Positions 17,146 through 26,500 of a stretch of DNA of 41,106 bases are shown here, piece after piece. The first letter of the stretch is position 1. Each line of letters begins with the position of its first letter. A model generated the notes under the pieces. The model had not been told where the DNA came from. It ran no database searches and worked only from the letters and a program-made list of their open reading frames with translations. The position numbers and the translations under genes were made by a program. Source of the DNA: Spirochaetota bacterium (GTDB taxonomy: Bacteria > Spirochaetota > GWE2-31-10 > MWDO01); NCBI GenBank assembly GCA_035406685.1, contig DAONLM010000001.1, forward strand, positions 1-41,106. The letters run 5' to 3'.

Positions 17146-17567
17146 AATTTTATCTCCTTAATAACCATATTCTTATCAATTGCCTTGCACATGTCATAAA
17201 TGGTAAGAGCCGCAACAGAAACAGATGTTAAAGCCTCCATTTCGGCACCAGTTTTATCTATTGCTGTGATAACACTCTCTATCTCTATCTCCTCTTCAAG
17301 AATGTTAAAGTTTATATCTATGCCAGTAAGTTGTATTTGATGACATAATGGAATAATATTAAAACTATTTTTTGCAGCCATAATTCCAGCAATTTTTGCT
17401 GTTGTGAGGACATTTCCTTTTTTAATATTGCCATTTACTATCTTCTCAATCGTCTCTTTTTGTAATTTAATTATCCCTTTTGCTATTGCAATTCTTTTTG
17501 AGATCTCCTTTTTTGTAATATCCACCATTTTTACATTTCCCTCTTTATCAAGATGAGTAAAATCCAT
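17118..17567 (-). CDS. moaC: Cyclic pyranopterin monophosphate synthase MoaC
   Basis: It has THLDKEGNVKMVDITKK, AKIAGIMAAK..IPLCHQI and GAEMEALT..SVAALTIYDMCKA. Confidence 0.92.
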   Translation of the reverse strand: MDFTHLDKEGNVKMVDITKKEISKRIAIAKGIIKLQKETIEKIVNGNIKKGNVLTTAKIAGIMAAKNSFNIIPLCHQIQLTGIDINFNILEEEIEIESVITAIDKTGAEMEALTSVSVAALTIYDMCKAIDKNMVIKEIKLCHKSKQSV

Positions 17568-17569
17568 TT

Positions 17570-18373
17570 TTATCCTCCTATCTGAATCATACTTAATTTG
17601 TTATTCTTTTCACCTTTCTCTGGTTTTAAATTAATGCACTCTTTAAGTGCTATCTTGTAATCAGAATATTCTCTTATATTAATACTTTTTTCAGAAAAAA
17701 GACATGGCAGTAGCATCCCATTTGAAGTAAGCCTTATTCTATTACAGAACTTACAGGAGAGAGGTTTATTTGTTTCTATATTTTCAGAAAAGTTTTTATC
17801 TTTTTTAAGATTCATCTGATTTATGAGTTGAAAGTCAAAATCATTATCACTGGCAAATTTTTTTATATCTTGAATTTCATTTTCATTAATATTTTTTAAA
17901 AGAACAGTATTTATCTTGATTTTTTTAAAAAAAAGCTCTTTTGCCTTCATTAATCCCTTAATAACAATATCAAATTCTCCAATCTTTGTTATTTCTTTAT
18001 ATTTTTGCGGATTGAGTGTATCAAGAGATACATTTATTCGAGAGAGATTTGCCTTTTTTAGTTTGAAAGCCATATCATTTAATAAAACGCCATTTGTAGT
18101 AATAGAAATATCCTCTATTCCTTTAATTTCTGAAATCATCTTTATGAGTATATCAATGTCCTTTCTTATTAACGGCTCTCCGCCAGTAAGTTTGACTCTT
18201 TTTATTCCGAGTTTAACACATTCTTTAATAATAGAGACAATCTCTTCAAAAGATAGTAAATCTTCTTTTTTAAGATATTGATACTCCTCATAACAATAAA
18301 AGCATCGTAAATTACATCTATCTGTTACAGAAATTCTAATTGTATTTATCTCTCTTTGATATTTATCAACCAA
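17570..18373 (-). CDS. moaA: GTP 3',8-cyclase MoaA (radical SAM), compact form
   Basis: It has the CNLRCFYC radical-SAM cluster, the second cluster CKFCNRIRLTSNGMLLPC and the C-terminal ..IGG tail. Confidence 0.9.
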   Translation of the reverse strand: MVDKYQREINTIRISVTDRCNLRCFYCYEEYQYLKKEDLLSFEEIVSIIKECVKLGIKRVKLTGGEPLIRKDIDILIKMISEIKGIEDISITTNGVLLNDMAFKLKKANLSRINVSLDTLNPQKYKEITKIGEFDIVIKGLMKAKELFFKKIKINTVLLKNINENEIQDIKKFASDNDFDFQLINQMNLKKDKNFSENIETNKPLSCKFCNRIRLTSNGMLLPCLFSEKSINIREYSDYKIALKECINLKPEKGEKNNKLSMIQIGG

Positions 18374-18388
18374 ATTTTTTCCCTTGTT

Positions 18389-19195
18389 TTAATTGAGTAA
18401 ACTTAGATTCTCAATTAGATTTATAACAAAATTTAACATTAAATTCAATGATTTTTCTTGAATTGTGAATATATTATCTTTATTAGAATGAATATTATTC
18501 CATATAGAAGGGTAAGTATCTTTATTGTTAGCATAATTTAGTGCTTCATAATATGGGACAATTGTCAATACCACGCCTTCATAGTGGAATGTATGAACAG
18601 AGACCATATCAGTATATGGGACTGGAAGATGTATATATTTAAAATTATTATTCTTTGCTACCTTGGTTGCAAAATCTATAAGACGCTGACTACAATCTAT
18701 TTTTCCAGATTTTTTTGCTATCAGAACAGCATCACCTATACCAGAGAGTTCAAGAATAAAGATGCCTTTATTTTTCCCTTTGCTGCAATGATTTTTAATA
18801 TAATCAAAAGAGCCTATTTTGTCTATAATTTTTGTCATATTACCATTTACTATACTTCCACTTAATAACCCGCCAACAAATTCTTCTTTATCATTAAAAA
18901 CAATTTTTATTGTATAAAAAGGTGACTTATCTTTTAAATATAAAAGAAGAGAAAGTAAAACTGCAACTGATGAGGTATTATCATTTGCTCCTTCATCAGT
19001 GCCCATAGATATATCATAATGGGCAAGAAATATTATTTCACCATCATTAGTGCCATTAATTTTTACTTCTATATTGCAACCTGCATCATAGGACAATTCT
19101 CTGAATTCTATTTTATTTTTTCTTAAGAATTTTTTTATAAAATCTACTCTATTTTTTGAATTAATAATACCAATCACAATCTCTTTTATTTCCAT
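18389..19195 (-). CDS. M28-family peptidase-like protein (no signal peptide seen)
   Basis: IIFLAHYDISMGTDEGANDNTSSVAVLLSLL resembles the M28 motif HYDS..GA.DNASG. Confidence 0.45.
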   Translation of the reverse strand: MEIKEIVIGIINSKNRVDFIKKFLRKNKIEFRELSYDAGCNIEVKINGTNDGEIIFLAHYDISMGTDEGANDNTSSVAVLLSLLLYLKDKSPFYTIKIVFNDKEEFVGGLLSGSIVNGNMTKIIDKIGSFDYIKNHCSKGKNKGIFILELSGIGDAVLIAKKSGKIDCSQRLIDFATKVAKNNNFKYIHLPVPYTDMVSVHTFHYEGVVLTIVPYYEALNYANNKDTYPSIWNNIHSNKDNIFTIQEKSLNLMLNFVINLIENLSLLN

Positions 19196-19227
19196 AAAAA
19201 GATTATCGGGGGATTGATTTGTTATAT

Positions 19228-19905
19228 TTATTTCTTTTTTATAGAACCTTTTATCATTACAAGAAAGATTTTTGATAAGATATCATTTCTTTTTTTTATA
19301 TTAAAGCCATGAAGATCACAAAAATCCTGCAATTTTTTAATCTCATTTTCACCAAAGTAGAAGTTACCATTACATAATGGCTTCACTTCATAGTTATATT
19401 TTATTTTCATTTTTGAGTCTATATCAAAAATTATGTTACTCAACATGCTATTGCTATTACTAATAAATCTTTTAAAATTATATGGCAATGCTTCTACTGA
19501 TACAAGTTCCAGAAATATAAATTTACCATCTGGTTTTAATATTCTCTCAATTTCATATAGATTTTTCTTATTGTTAATTACATTCTGACCTAATAAAAGG
19601 TCAATACTATTATTTTTTAGGTAGTTATTTTTAAGATCTGTCATATTAAAAAGAATGTTTTTATTACTAAAAAATATTAGATTTAGTTTTAAAAAATCTT
19701 TATAATTGTTACAAAAATTTATTATATTACAATTACTATTAAGATAGTGATCAATTTTATTGATAAAATCTTCGTTAAGAAAAGAGAGATTAACTATAGA
19801 GAAACCATTTTTAATTATATCTTTGATATTCTCGAATATTATATTATAATATTCATTCGTTTTAGGTATATACTCTTTATTCTCGACTCTTATATTATTT
19901 AACAT
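19228..19905 (-). CDS. Divergent class I methyltransferase-like protein (SAM-binding glycine motif not evident)
   Basis: Only the post-II region ILKPDGKFIFLELV looks methyltransferase-like. No GxGxG motif is visible. Confidence 0.3.
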   Translation of the reverse strand: MLNNIRVENKEYIPKTNEYYNIIFENIKDIIKNGFSIVNLSFLNEDFINKIDHYLNSNCNIINFCNNYKDFLKLNLIFFSNKNILFNMTDLKNNYLKNNSIDLLLGQNVINNKKNLYEIERILKPDGKFIFLELVSVEALPYNFKRFISNSNSMLSNIIFDIDSKMKIKYNYEVKPLCNGNFYFGENEIKKLQDFCDLHGFNIKKRNDILSKIFLVMIKGSIKKK

Positions 19906-20109
19906 AAAAAACTCTTTTTAAAATCTCTTTATAATTAATTATATCCCTTTTTTTGAAAAAATCAATAGAAAAATTCATGCTTATGAGTAAAAAAGATAAA
20001 TTTTATTTTCTATTTTAGGAAGAAAGACAACTTAAATCGGGCTTAATTATTTATATATTACATAGTGGATATTTAAATATATTTGTTGAAATAATTTTTG
20101 TAAATAAGA

Positions 20110-20129
20110 AATAGGACAATTGTCCTATT
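20110..20129. repeat. 20-bp perfect palindrome with the GACAATTGTC core, overlapping a stop codon
   Basis: AATAGGACAA|TTGTCCTATT. The TAG stop of the 20125..21267 gene (20125..20127) lies inside the right arm. Confidence 0.9.
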
Positions 20130-21267
20130 CTTTTATCCCTCTTATCACCGCTACATAACAATTATCATATTTCTGCTCTAATATTGACATATCTGGGATT
20201 GTTTTTACATCTTTAAATCCAGCATTATTTAAAGCATTAACCCAATCTCGCCATTCCATAAAACCATGCCTTGGTCTTATATCTTTATCTAATTTTACAT
20301 TCCAATAATCAGACAGCGTATTAAGGATAAATTCTTGCTGAATCATTTTATTACCGACTGGTCTAACTGTTTCTACTATAATAAAAGAGCCACCTTTTTT
20401 CAAAGTTTTTAAAATTTCATTTAATGAAAATCTTAAATCATAAGCAACATGTATTGCATTTACACCCCATACAACATCAGCACTTTCTGGCTCATAACCT
20501 TGACTAGTTAAATCCATATTAAAATCAAGTTTTCTAAAATCAAAGGCGTTAAGATCTTCTGTGATTGTCAATAGATCTTTTTTAGTAGTTCTTAACATTT
20601 TGTTTGCGATATCTGTAAATATATATTTAAAATTATTTAATGGTAATTTTTCTTGCAGTCTTTGAATTAAGAATTGCTTTGTGCCACCACCCATTCCACC
20701 ACCAATTTCTATTATTGTTGGATTTTCTCTCTGTGAAATATCCCAATTTAATATCTTGGCGCCAGCTATATTATGAACATTATAAAAAAGATTATTACTA
20801 TAATACTCATTAGTAATATTTATATTTTCTGGGGAAAAAATTATATCAACTCCACTCTTTTTAGAAGAAAGAAAATCTGGATAATTATCTGCCATCAATT
20901 GAAGCATATTAAATGCAGCTATACTGTCAGGTGCCTCGTTAAAAGCTTTTTTTCTTATCTCTTCTAAATTATAATCTATTTTTTTATTTCCCCATTTATA
21001 TAAAAAATCACTGTTTTCTTCTTTAATTTCAATATAACCATCTAAAGATAGCCTATCCAATATCCATTTTAAAGCATTTTTAACCTTATCTTCATATCCT
21101 TTGTTTGCTATAATATTTTCTAATGTAGTAAAATCATTCAATATATTTTTTATATCTGTTTTAACAAGAATATCATCGATTAATTTTAATAGATAATAAT
21201 CTGTTAATTTCCATATATCTCTTATTGTTTTATTTATTAAATCATTTAAATACCAATCTTCAAACAT
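20125..21267 (-). CDS. Class I SAM-dependent methyltransferase with an N-terminal helical or winged-helix-like extension
   Basis: It has IIEIGGGMGGGTKQF (motif I), YIFTDI, and ADVVWGVNAIH..LKKGGSFIIVE. No DNA-methyltransferase motifs (DPPY/PCQ) are present. Confidence 0.7.
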   Translation of the reverse strand: MFEDWYLNDLINKTIRDIWKLTDYYLLKLIDDILVKTDIKNILNDFTTLENIIANKGYEDKVKNALKWILDRLSLDGYIEIKEENSDFLYKWGNKKIDYNLEEIRKKAFNEAPDSIAAFNMLQLMADNYPDFLSSKKSGVDIIFSPENINITNEYYSNNLFYNVHNIAGAKILNWDISQRENPTIIEIGGGMGGGTKQFLIQRLQEKLPLNNFKYIFTDIANKMLRTTKKDLLTITEDLNAFDFRKLDFNMDLTSQGYEPESADVVWGVNAIHVAYDLRFSLNEILKTLKKGGSFIIVETVRPVGNKMIQQEFILNTLSDYWNVKLDKDIRPRHGFMEWRDWVNALNNAGFKDVKTIPDMSILEQKYDNCYVAVIRGIKE

Positions 21268-21522
21268 TATTTTTTACCTCGTTTAGAAAAATTGTATTTT
21301 ATTATAGAATAGAATACAATAAATATTTATATTTGTCTATAAAAATAATTATGCTTTAAAAGATATTTTTAGATTTTATTAGGAGAATTGTCCTATTTTT
21401 TTGAAAAAAAAGACAAAAATTCATAATCGCTGAAAATGATTAAAATAATATTACTTCTTATTTTTCCTAACAAGAATGCTTGAAATAATTTCAGTAAGAA
21501 TACTGGAATAACTTTATTTTAA

Positions 21523-22144
21523 GCGATTTTAAAAAAGTGCCAAAAAAAATGAAAAAAAATTTTAATTTTTGTAAAGGATTTTTTCACTTTTTTTGTGATT
21601 AATAAGTGAGGAGGAAAATATGAAAAAAGAATTTAATTTTATGATTGACAACAAACTTGAAAAAAATATTCTCTCTTATTGTAAAAAGAGAAAAATTAGT
21701 TACAACAGGGCAATAAATGAGATTATAGAGTTAATGTTGCCAGTAATAAAGGAGATACACTATTTTTCAGAGGAGAATGATTGCAAATATCAAAGAATAG
21801 ATGCTGTAAAAAAAATTCATTTGTATATGCCTAAAGAAATTTATAGAGAATTAAAGCTTGTTCATAGTAATCTTAATTTTTATAGCATTGCGATTCTTGT
21901 TAGATTTATGCTTGATATTTATTTTGAGTGGCTTGAAGAGACAAATGATAATGAGACAAAAATAAAAGAGAGGGTAAATGAGATAATAACTAAAATTGAT
22001 GATAGATTGAAAAAAAGTAATTACGAGGTAATAAAAAATGAGTTGAAAGTAAGGATAGGACAATTGTCTTGCAATCCATTTCCTCATACTCTTAAAATTC
22101 ATTATAATTTTGATTTCTCAATTCACAAGATAGAATTTTTATGA
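21523..22144 (+). repeat. Degenerate RHH cassette, copy C (diverged 5' module, no recognisable IR-R)
   Basis: The 5' region GCGATTTTAAAAAAGTGCCAA...TTTTTGTAAAGGATTTTTTCAC-TTTTTTGTGATTAATA is homologous to the B/D 5' module but diverged. The stop codon is followed within 19 nt by the -35 box of the next promoter. Confidence 0.5.
21620..22144 (+). CDS. Tandem ribbon-helix-helix-like small protein, family copy C
   Basis: GAGGAGG lies upstream of the ATG. It has FNFMI-DNKLEKNILSYCKKRK-ISYNRAINEIIELML and IHLYM-PKEIYRELKLVHSNLN-FYSIAILVRFMLDIYF. It is colinear with copy B, with a similar C-terminus (..HKIEFL versus ..KEIKFL). Confidence 0.75.
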   Translation: MKKEFNFMIDNKLEKNILSYCKKRKISYNRAINEIIELMLPVIKEIHYFSEENDCKYQRIDAVKKIHLYMPKEIYRELKLVHSNLNFYSIAILVRFMLDIYFEWLEETNDNETKIKERVNEIITKIDDRLKKSNYEVIKNELKVRIGQLSCNPFPHTLKIHYNFDFSIHKIEFL

Positions 22145-22162
22145 ATTTCAATAAAAAAATAG

Positions 22163-22205
22163 TTGACCAAATTATCTTTTATTGCTATATATGTGCATAT
22201 GCACA
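22163..22205 (+). promoter_or_regulatory. Sigma70 promoter plus a 14-bp palindromic operator candidate for the DUF134-mrp operon
   Basis: TTGACC (22163..22168), 17 nt, TATATA (22186..22191). The perfect palindrome TGTGCATATGCACA (22192..22205) follows immediately, at the expected transcription start. Confidence 0.55.
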
Positions 22206-22223
22206 GTTATTAAGGAATTATAA

Positions 22224-22538
22224 ATGCCAAGATGTAAAAAGAAAAGATGTTGTAGATTTTTAGATTCTGAAAAGATTTTTAAACCAGCGGGAATTCCTTT
22301 TAATCAACTTGAAGTAATCGAAATATCCCTTGATGAATTTGAGGCAATTAGGTTATGTGATTATGATAAATTAAGTCAAATTGGTGCTGCTGGGAGAATG
22401 AATATTTCAAGAGGAACTATTCAACGGCTTTTAGAATCTGGAAGATACAAAATAGTAGATGCTTTATTGAATAATAAAATTTTAAAAATAAATAACATAG
22501 AACTAAATCAAAGTATAAATCAAAATGAAATCAAATAA
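22224..22538 (+). CDS. DUF134 (UPF0251) family predicted DNA-binding protein
   Basis: MPRCKKKR.CR......FKPAGIP...LE.I.ISLDEFEAIRL.D...LSQ..AA..MNISRGT.QR.L...R.K...AL is a characteristic DUF134 N-terminus followed by a helix-turn-helix. Confidence 0.75.
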   Translation: MPRCKKKRCCRFLDSEKIFKPAGIPFNQLEVIEISLDEFEAIRLCDYDKLSQIGAAGRMNISRGTIQRLLESGRYKIVDALLNNKILKINNIELNQSINQNEIK

Positions 22539-22589
22539 AAGATATTTTAATTAGTTTAATTTATAAATAATTTATCATAGGAGATTTTT

Positions 22590-23411
22590 ATGCAAAATGA
22601 AACAGACTGGATGTTACAACAAAATATGGCAAGAATAAAAAACAAAATTATAGTTATGAGTGGTAAAGGTGGCGTTGGTAAAAGCACAGTTAGTGTAAAT
22701 CTGGCATACGGCCTTGTTTTGCAGGGATTTAGAGTAGGGCTACTCGATGTGGATATTCATGGTCCATCTATTGCAAGGATGACAGGGATTGAAGGGGAAA
22801 GACTTTATGAGAATGAAAATGGTCTTGTCACACCAATAGAGGCTGTTCATAATCTTTTTGTTCTAACAATTGCAAGTATGCTTGAGAATAGTGATGAGCC
22901 TATTATCTGGCGAGGTCCTGCAAAAATTGGAGCCATAAAACAATTTCTGTCCGAGATTCACTGGCCAGATCTTGATTATCTTATTATAGATTGCCCACCA
23001 GGGACTGGCGATGAGCCTTTAAGTGTTATTCAGTTAATAGGTAATCAAAATATTTCTGGATCTGTTATAGTTTCAACCCCTCAGGAAGTATCTTTATTAG
23101 ATGTTAGAAAATCTATTAAATTTTGTGAAAAATTATCTGTGCCTATACTGGGCATCATAGAAAATATGTCTGGTTTTATATGTCCTAAATGTGGCGAGAG
23201 GTTTGATATATTTAAAAGTGGCGGTGTTATGAAGACAAGTAAAGATTTTAATATAGATATTCTTGGGCATATCCCAATTGATCCAAATATTGTACATTCT
23301 ACTGATGATGGTAAGCCATATATATATAACTATGCAAAAACAGATGGAGGTAAAGAATTTCAGAAAATTATAGATAAGATAGTTGAAAAACTATCTGTTA
23401 AAAAAGAATAA
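22590..23411 (+). CDS. mrp: Mrp/NBP35 (ApbC-type) Fe-S cluster carrier ATPase
   Basis: It has the deviant Walker A motif SGKGGVGKSTVSVNLA, DYLIIDCPPGTGDE and the CPKCG motif. Confidence 0.9.
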   Translation: MQNETDWMLQQNMARIKNKIIVMSGKGGVGKSTVSVNLAYGLVLQGFRVGLLDVDIHGPSIARMTGIEGERLYENENGLVTPIEAVHNLFVLTIASMLENSDEPIIWRGPAKIGAIKQFLSEIHWPDLDYLIIDCPPGTGDEPLSVIQLIGNQNISGSVIVSTPQEVSLLDVRKSIKFCEKLSVPILGIIENMSGFICPKCGERFDIFKSGGVMKTSKDFNIDILGHIPIDPNIVHSTDDGKPYIYNYAKTDGGKEFQKIIDKIVEKLSVKKE

Positions 23412-23476
23412 AAAAATTCACTCTTTTTTTAGAAAAAAGTTATTATTATATTTTTAAATCTTTTAAAAAACAAAAA

Positions 23477-23506
23477 AGGCTATCTTCCGATAGCCTCTCT
23501 TTTTTA
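23477..23506. terminator. Bidirectional rho-independent terminator between convergent genes
   Basis: An 8-bp stem AGGCTATC/GATAGCCT with a TTCC loop. It has an A-run upstream and CTCTTTTTT downstream. Confidence 0.7.
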
Positions 23507-23509
23507 TAT

Positions 23510-26500
23510 CTATTGCTCTCTCTTAACAATTGCCAATTTCTCTGGTGCTGTTCCAGTAGCATAGTTACTATCCCATGTTAATGCACCAGTACCAGTATCA
23601 ATCTTGAATAATTGAACATTATTACTCGTCCCTTTTACTGTAACATAAAGATAGTTTGCCCATGTTGCAGGATGAACAGCAACGGCATAAGGGGGTTGTG
23701 TTCCATTAGTGTTTACTGAACTTATTAGTGTTAATGCTCCAGTTGTTTGGTTTGTACTTGCATAGTGAATTGCATTATTTGCTGGTCTTGCTATATAGAT
23801 ATAATGTGTTGTCCCATAGTAAATATCAGAAATTGATGCATTATTTACAATACGATTTGAAATCCCTGTTGTTGCACCAGTATTATCATAAGAGTATGAT
23901 CTAACTCTGTTTCCACTTGTCATTGAAGCAAAGATATAATTTAGATTTTTATGAGTCTTAACAAATGAAGGTTGATTAAACCCTGGATTTAAAGTATTAT
24001 TGAATGTAACACTTGATCCATCAGCAGAAACATTCATAATTGATATTTTATTATTTCCAAAGCAAGGAATATAAATAAACTTATTTGCTTGAGCATTTGC
24101 AAACTCAAAATCCCTTGGTCCTGTATTCACTGACCCAGTTGAAACTGGAGCACCTAGAACTCCATTGGTTATTGAAAGTGTATTGATGCTATTTCCACTA
24201 TTACTCCCAACATATAAATAATTACCGTTTGGATTAACAGTAACACCCCATGCTCCCGTAATATCTTGAGAGCCTAAACTTGTTAGATTCCCATCCTTTT
24301 CTACGCTAAATGATTCTACTTTATTACCTGTATTCTCTGTTACAAATATATAGTTACCACTCGGATGAACAGCAATACTCCTTGGTCCATTCCCAGCAAG
24401 ACCAGATTTTGTACCAATATTGGTAAGTGTTCCATCATCATTAATTCTAAACATACTGATATTATTACTACCATTATTTGGCACATACAGATAATATCGA
24501 TATAAAATATAATCATTAGAGGCAACATTGGAATCCGTCCAATTTGTTTTAAAAGCCCTTGCTTTTATTGTGCAGGATGTTGTTAATTCAAATGGGGATG
24601 TGTAGAGAGTGGAAGAAGAAGTTGGTTCTGAACCATCAACTGTATAACGAATAGTAGCACCAGTAGTCGTTGTTGACATAGATATCATAGTGGTCTGATC
24701 ATAAGTTCCAGATGCTGGCAAAATAGTAGGAGTTGCAACAGGTCCATTAACAACATATGTCGCACTATTGGTATTAGAATCATCCCAGTTTGTCTTAAAT
24801 GCCTTAGCCTTAATTGTCATAGTGGTAAAGAGTGGAATATTTATAGGACCTGAATATACTGGCGAACTAATAGTTGGCTCACTACCATCAGTTGTATATC
24901 TAATCGTTGCCCCTGATGTAGATGTACTTATTGTTACATCAATGCTTTCAGGATATTCTCCTTCAGTATGGCTAAAAGTAGGAGTTGCAACTTTACCAGT
25001 TACAATATAAGTTTTTGTAATCACATTTGAATCTGACCAGTTTTCTTTTATAGCAATTGCTTTAATTGTCAGAGTTGTGTCATAATCAATGTGTATCGGT
25101 GAAGTATAAAGAGGAGAGGAATAATCCGGAGTAGAATCATCGGTTGTATATCTAATTTCTGCTCCAGTTGTTTCAGTAGATAAAACTATATCCTGCGGTG
25201 TTGTAAAAATTCCACTGTCTAAATTAAAGTTAGGATCTTTTGGTTTTAAAACAAAATTAGCTTGAGAAATTATAGAATTAGCCCATCCATCTTTTGTAGC
25301 AATTGCCTTTATAGTAGTATTTCTATTTATTGTTATGGGTGTAGTATAAATTAACGAACTACCCGGCACGGGATCAGTCCCATCCAGTGTATAATAAATA
25401 GTTACTCCAGATGGAGAACTAACATTAATTGAGACATTTTGAATTTCATTATAAATCCCAGATTCAGGTTCAAAAGTAGGAGCTGCACATGTGCCAGTGA
25501 TTATATATGTTGCCGTTGTAGTATCAGAATCATCCCAGTTTGTCTTAAATGCCTTAGCCTTAATTGTCATTGAAGAAGAAACGGATATTGGTCCTGTATA
25601 TTCTGTTGAAGTTTCATCTGGTTCACTACCGTTTGTAGTATACCTAATAATAGAATCAGGTGTAAGACAGCTTATTACCACTTCTTGTGGTGTTATATAA
25701 GTTCCTTCTGGTGGTAAAAATTGTGGAGAAGTTACCTTACCTGTTATTACATAAGAGAGAGTTAAAATATCTGAATTTTCCCAGTTATCTTTAACTGCTA
25801 TTGCCTTTATTAGATTGGTGGTATTGGTATCAAGATGAATAGGAGTGGTATAAATATTAGAATTAATATCTGGTGTTGTATCATCTGTAGTATAATATAT
25901 TGTTGCCCCTTCTGTCTCGCAATCCAATGTTACATCCTGTTCATTCTTATAAAGCCCTTCTGGTAATAAAGAGAAAGGACTCTTTACTTTTAAAGTATAT
26001 GTTATTGTAGAAACAGAAGAATCATTGTACCCCTCTTTAATAGTAATTGCCTTAATTGTAGTAGTTTTTGTTATATTGATTGGTGAATCATATAACAAAG
26101 ACGAAGTGGATGGCTCCGAACCATCAAGAGTATAATATATTTTTGCGGAAGAAGTAAGTGTTGATAAACTTACTGTTATCTCTGTATAATAGACTCCTTC
26201 TGTTAAAGAAAAAGTTGGAGAGGCACATGTCTCTTTAATTGTAAAACTTCTTGTTATTACATTAGAAGGTGTAAAACCAGTTTTATATGCTCTTGCCTTT
26301 ATAGTCATCCCATTGTTAACAGGAATAGGATATGAATACAAAGAAGAGTTTTCTGTTGGATCACTTCCATTTGTTGTATAACGAATAGTTGCCCCTTCTG
26401 TTTTTGAATTAATCGTAACAGTGATTGGAGAATCAAAAATCCCCCCATCTGGCAAGAATTCAGGATCAGAAACTTTAAGTAAACTAGTAGTTGTTGTGGT

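Noticed and set aside
17570-18373. MoaA as a truncated pseudogene (267 aa versus about 320-340 typical)
   Set aside because: Both Fe-S cluster Cys motifs and the C-terminal Gly-Gly tail are present, and the frame is uninterrupted. It is more likely a compact functional form.
18389-21267. Linking the CAATTG/GATATC-containing palindromes to the two methyltransferase genes in the window, as a restriction-modification system
   Set aside because: Neither methyltransferase shows DNA-methyltransferase motifs (DPPY/NPPY, or PCQ/ENV). No endonuclease-like gene is adjacent. Restriction sites are normally avoided rather than enriched.
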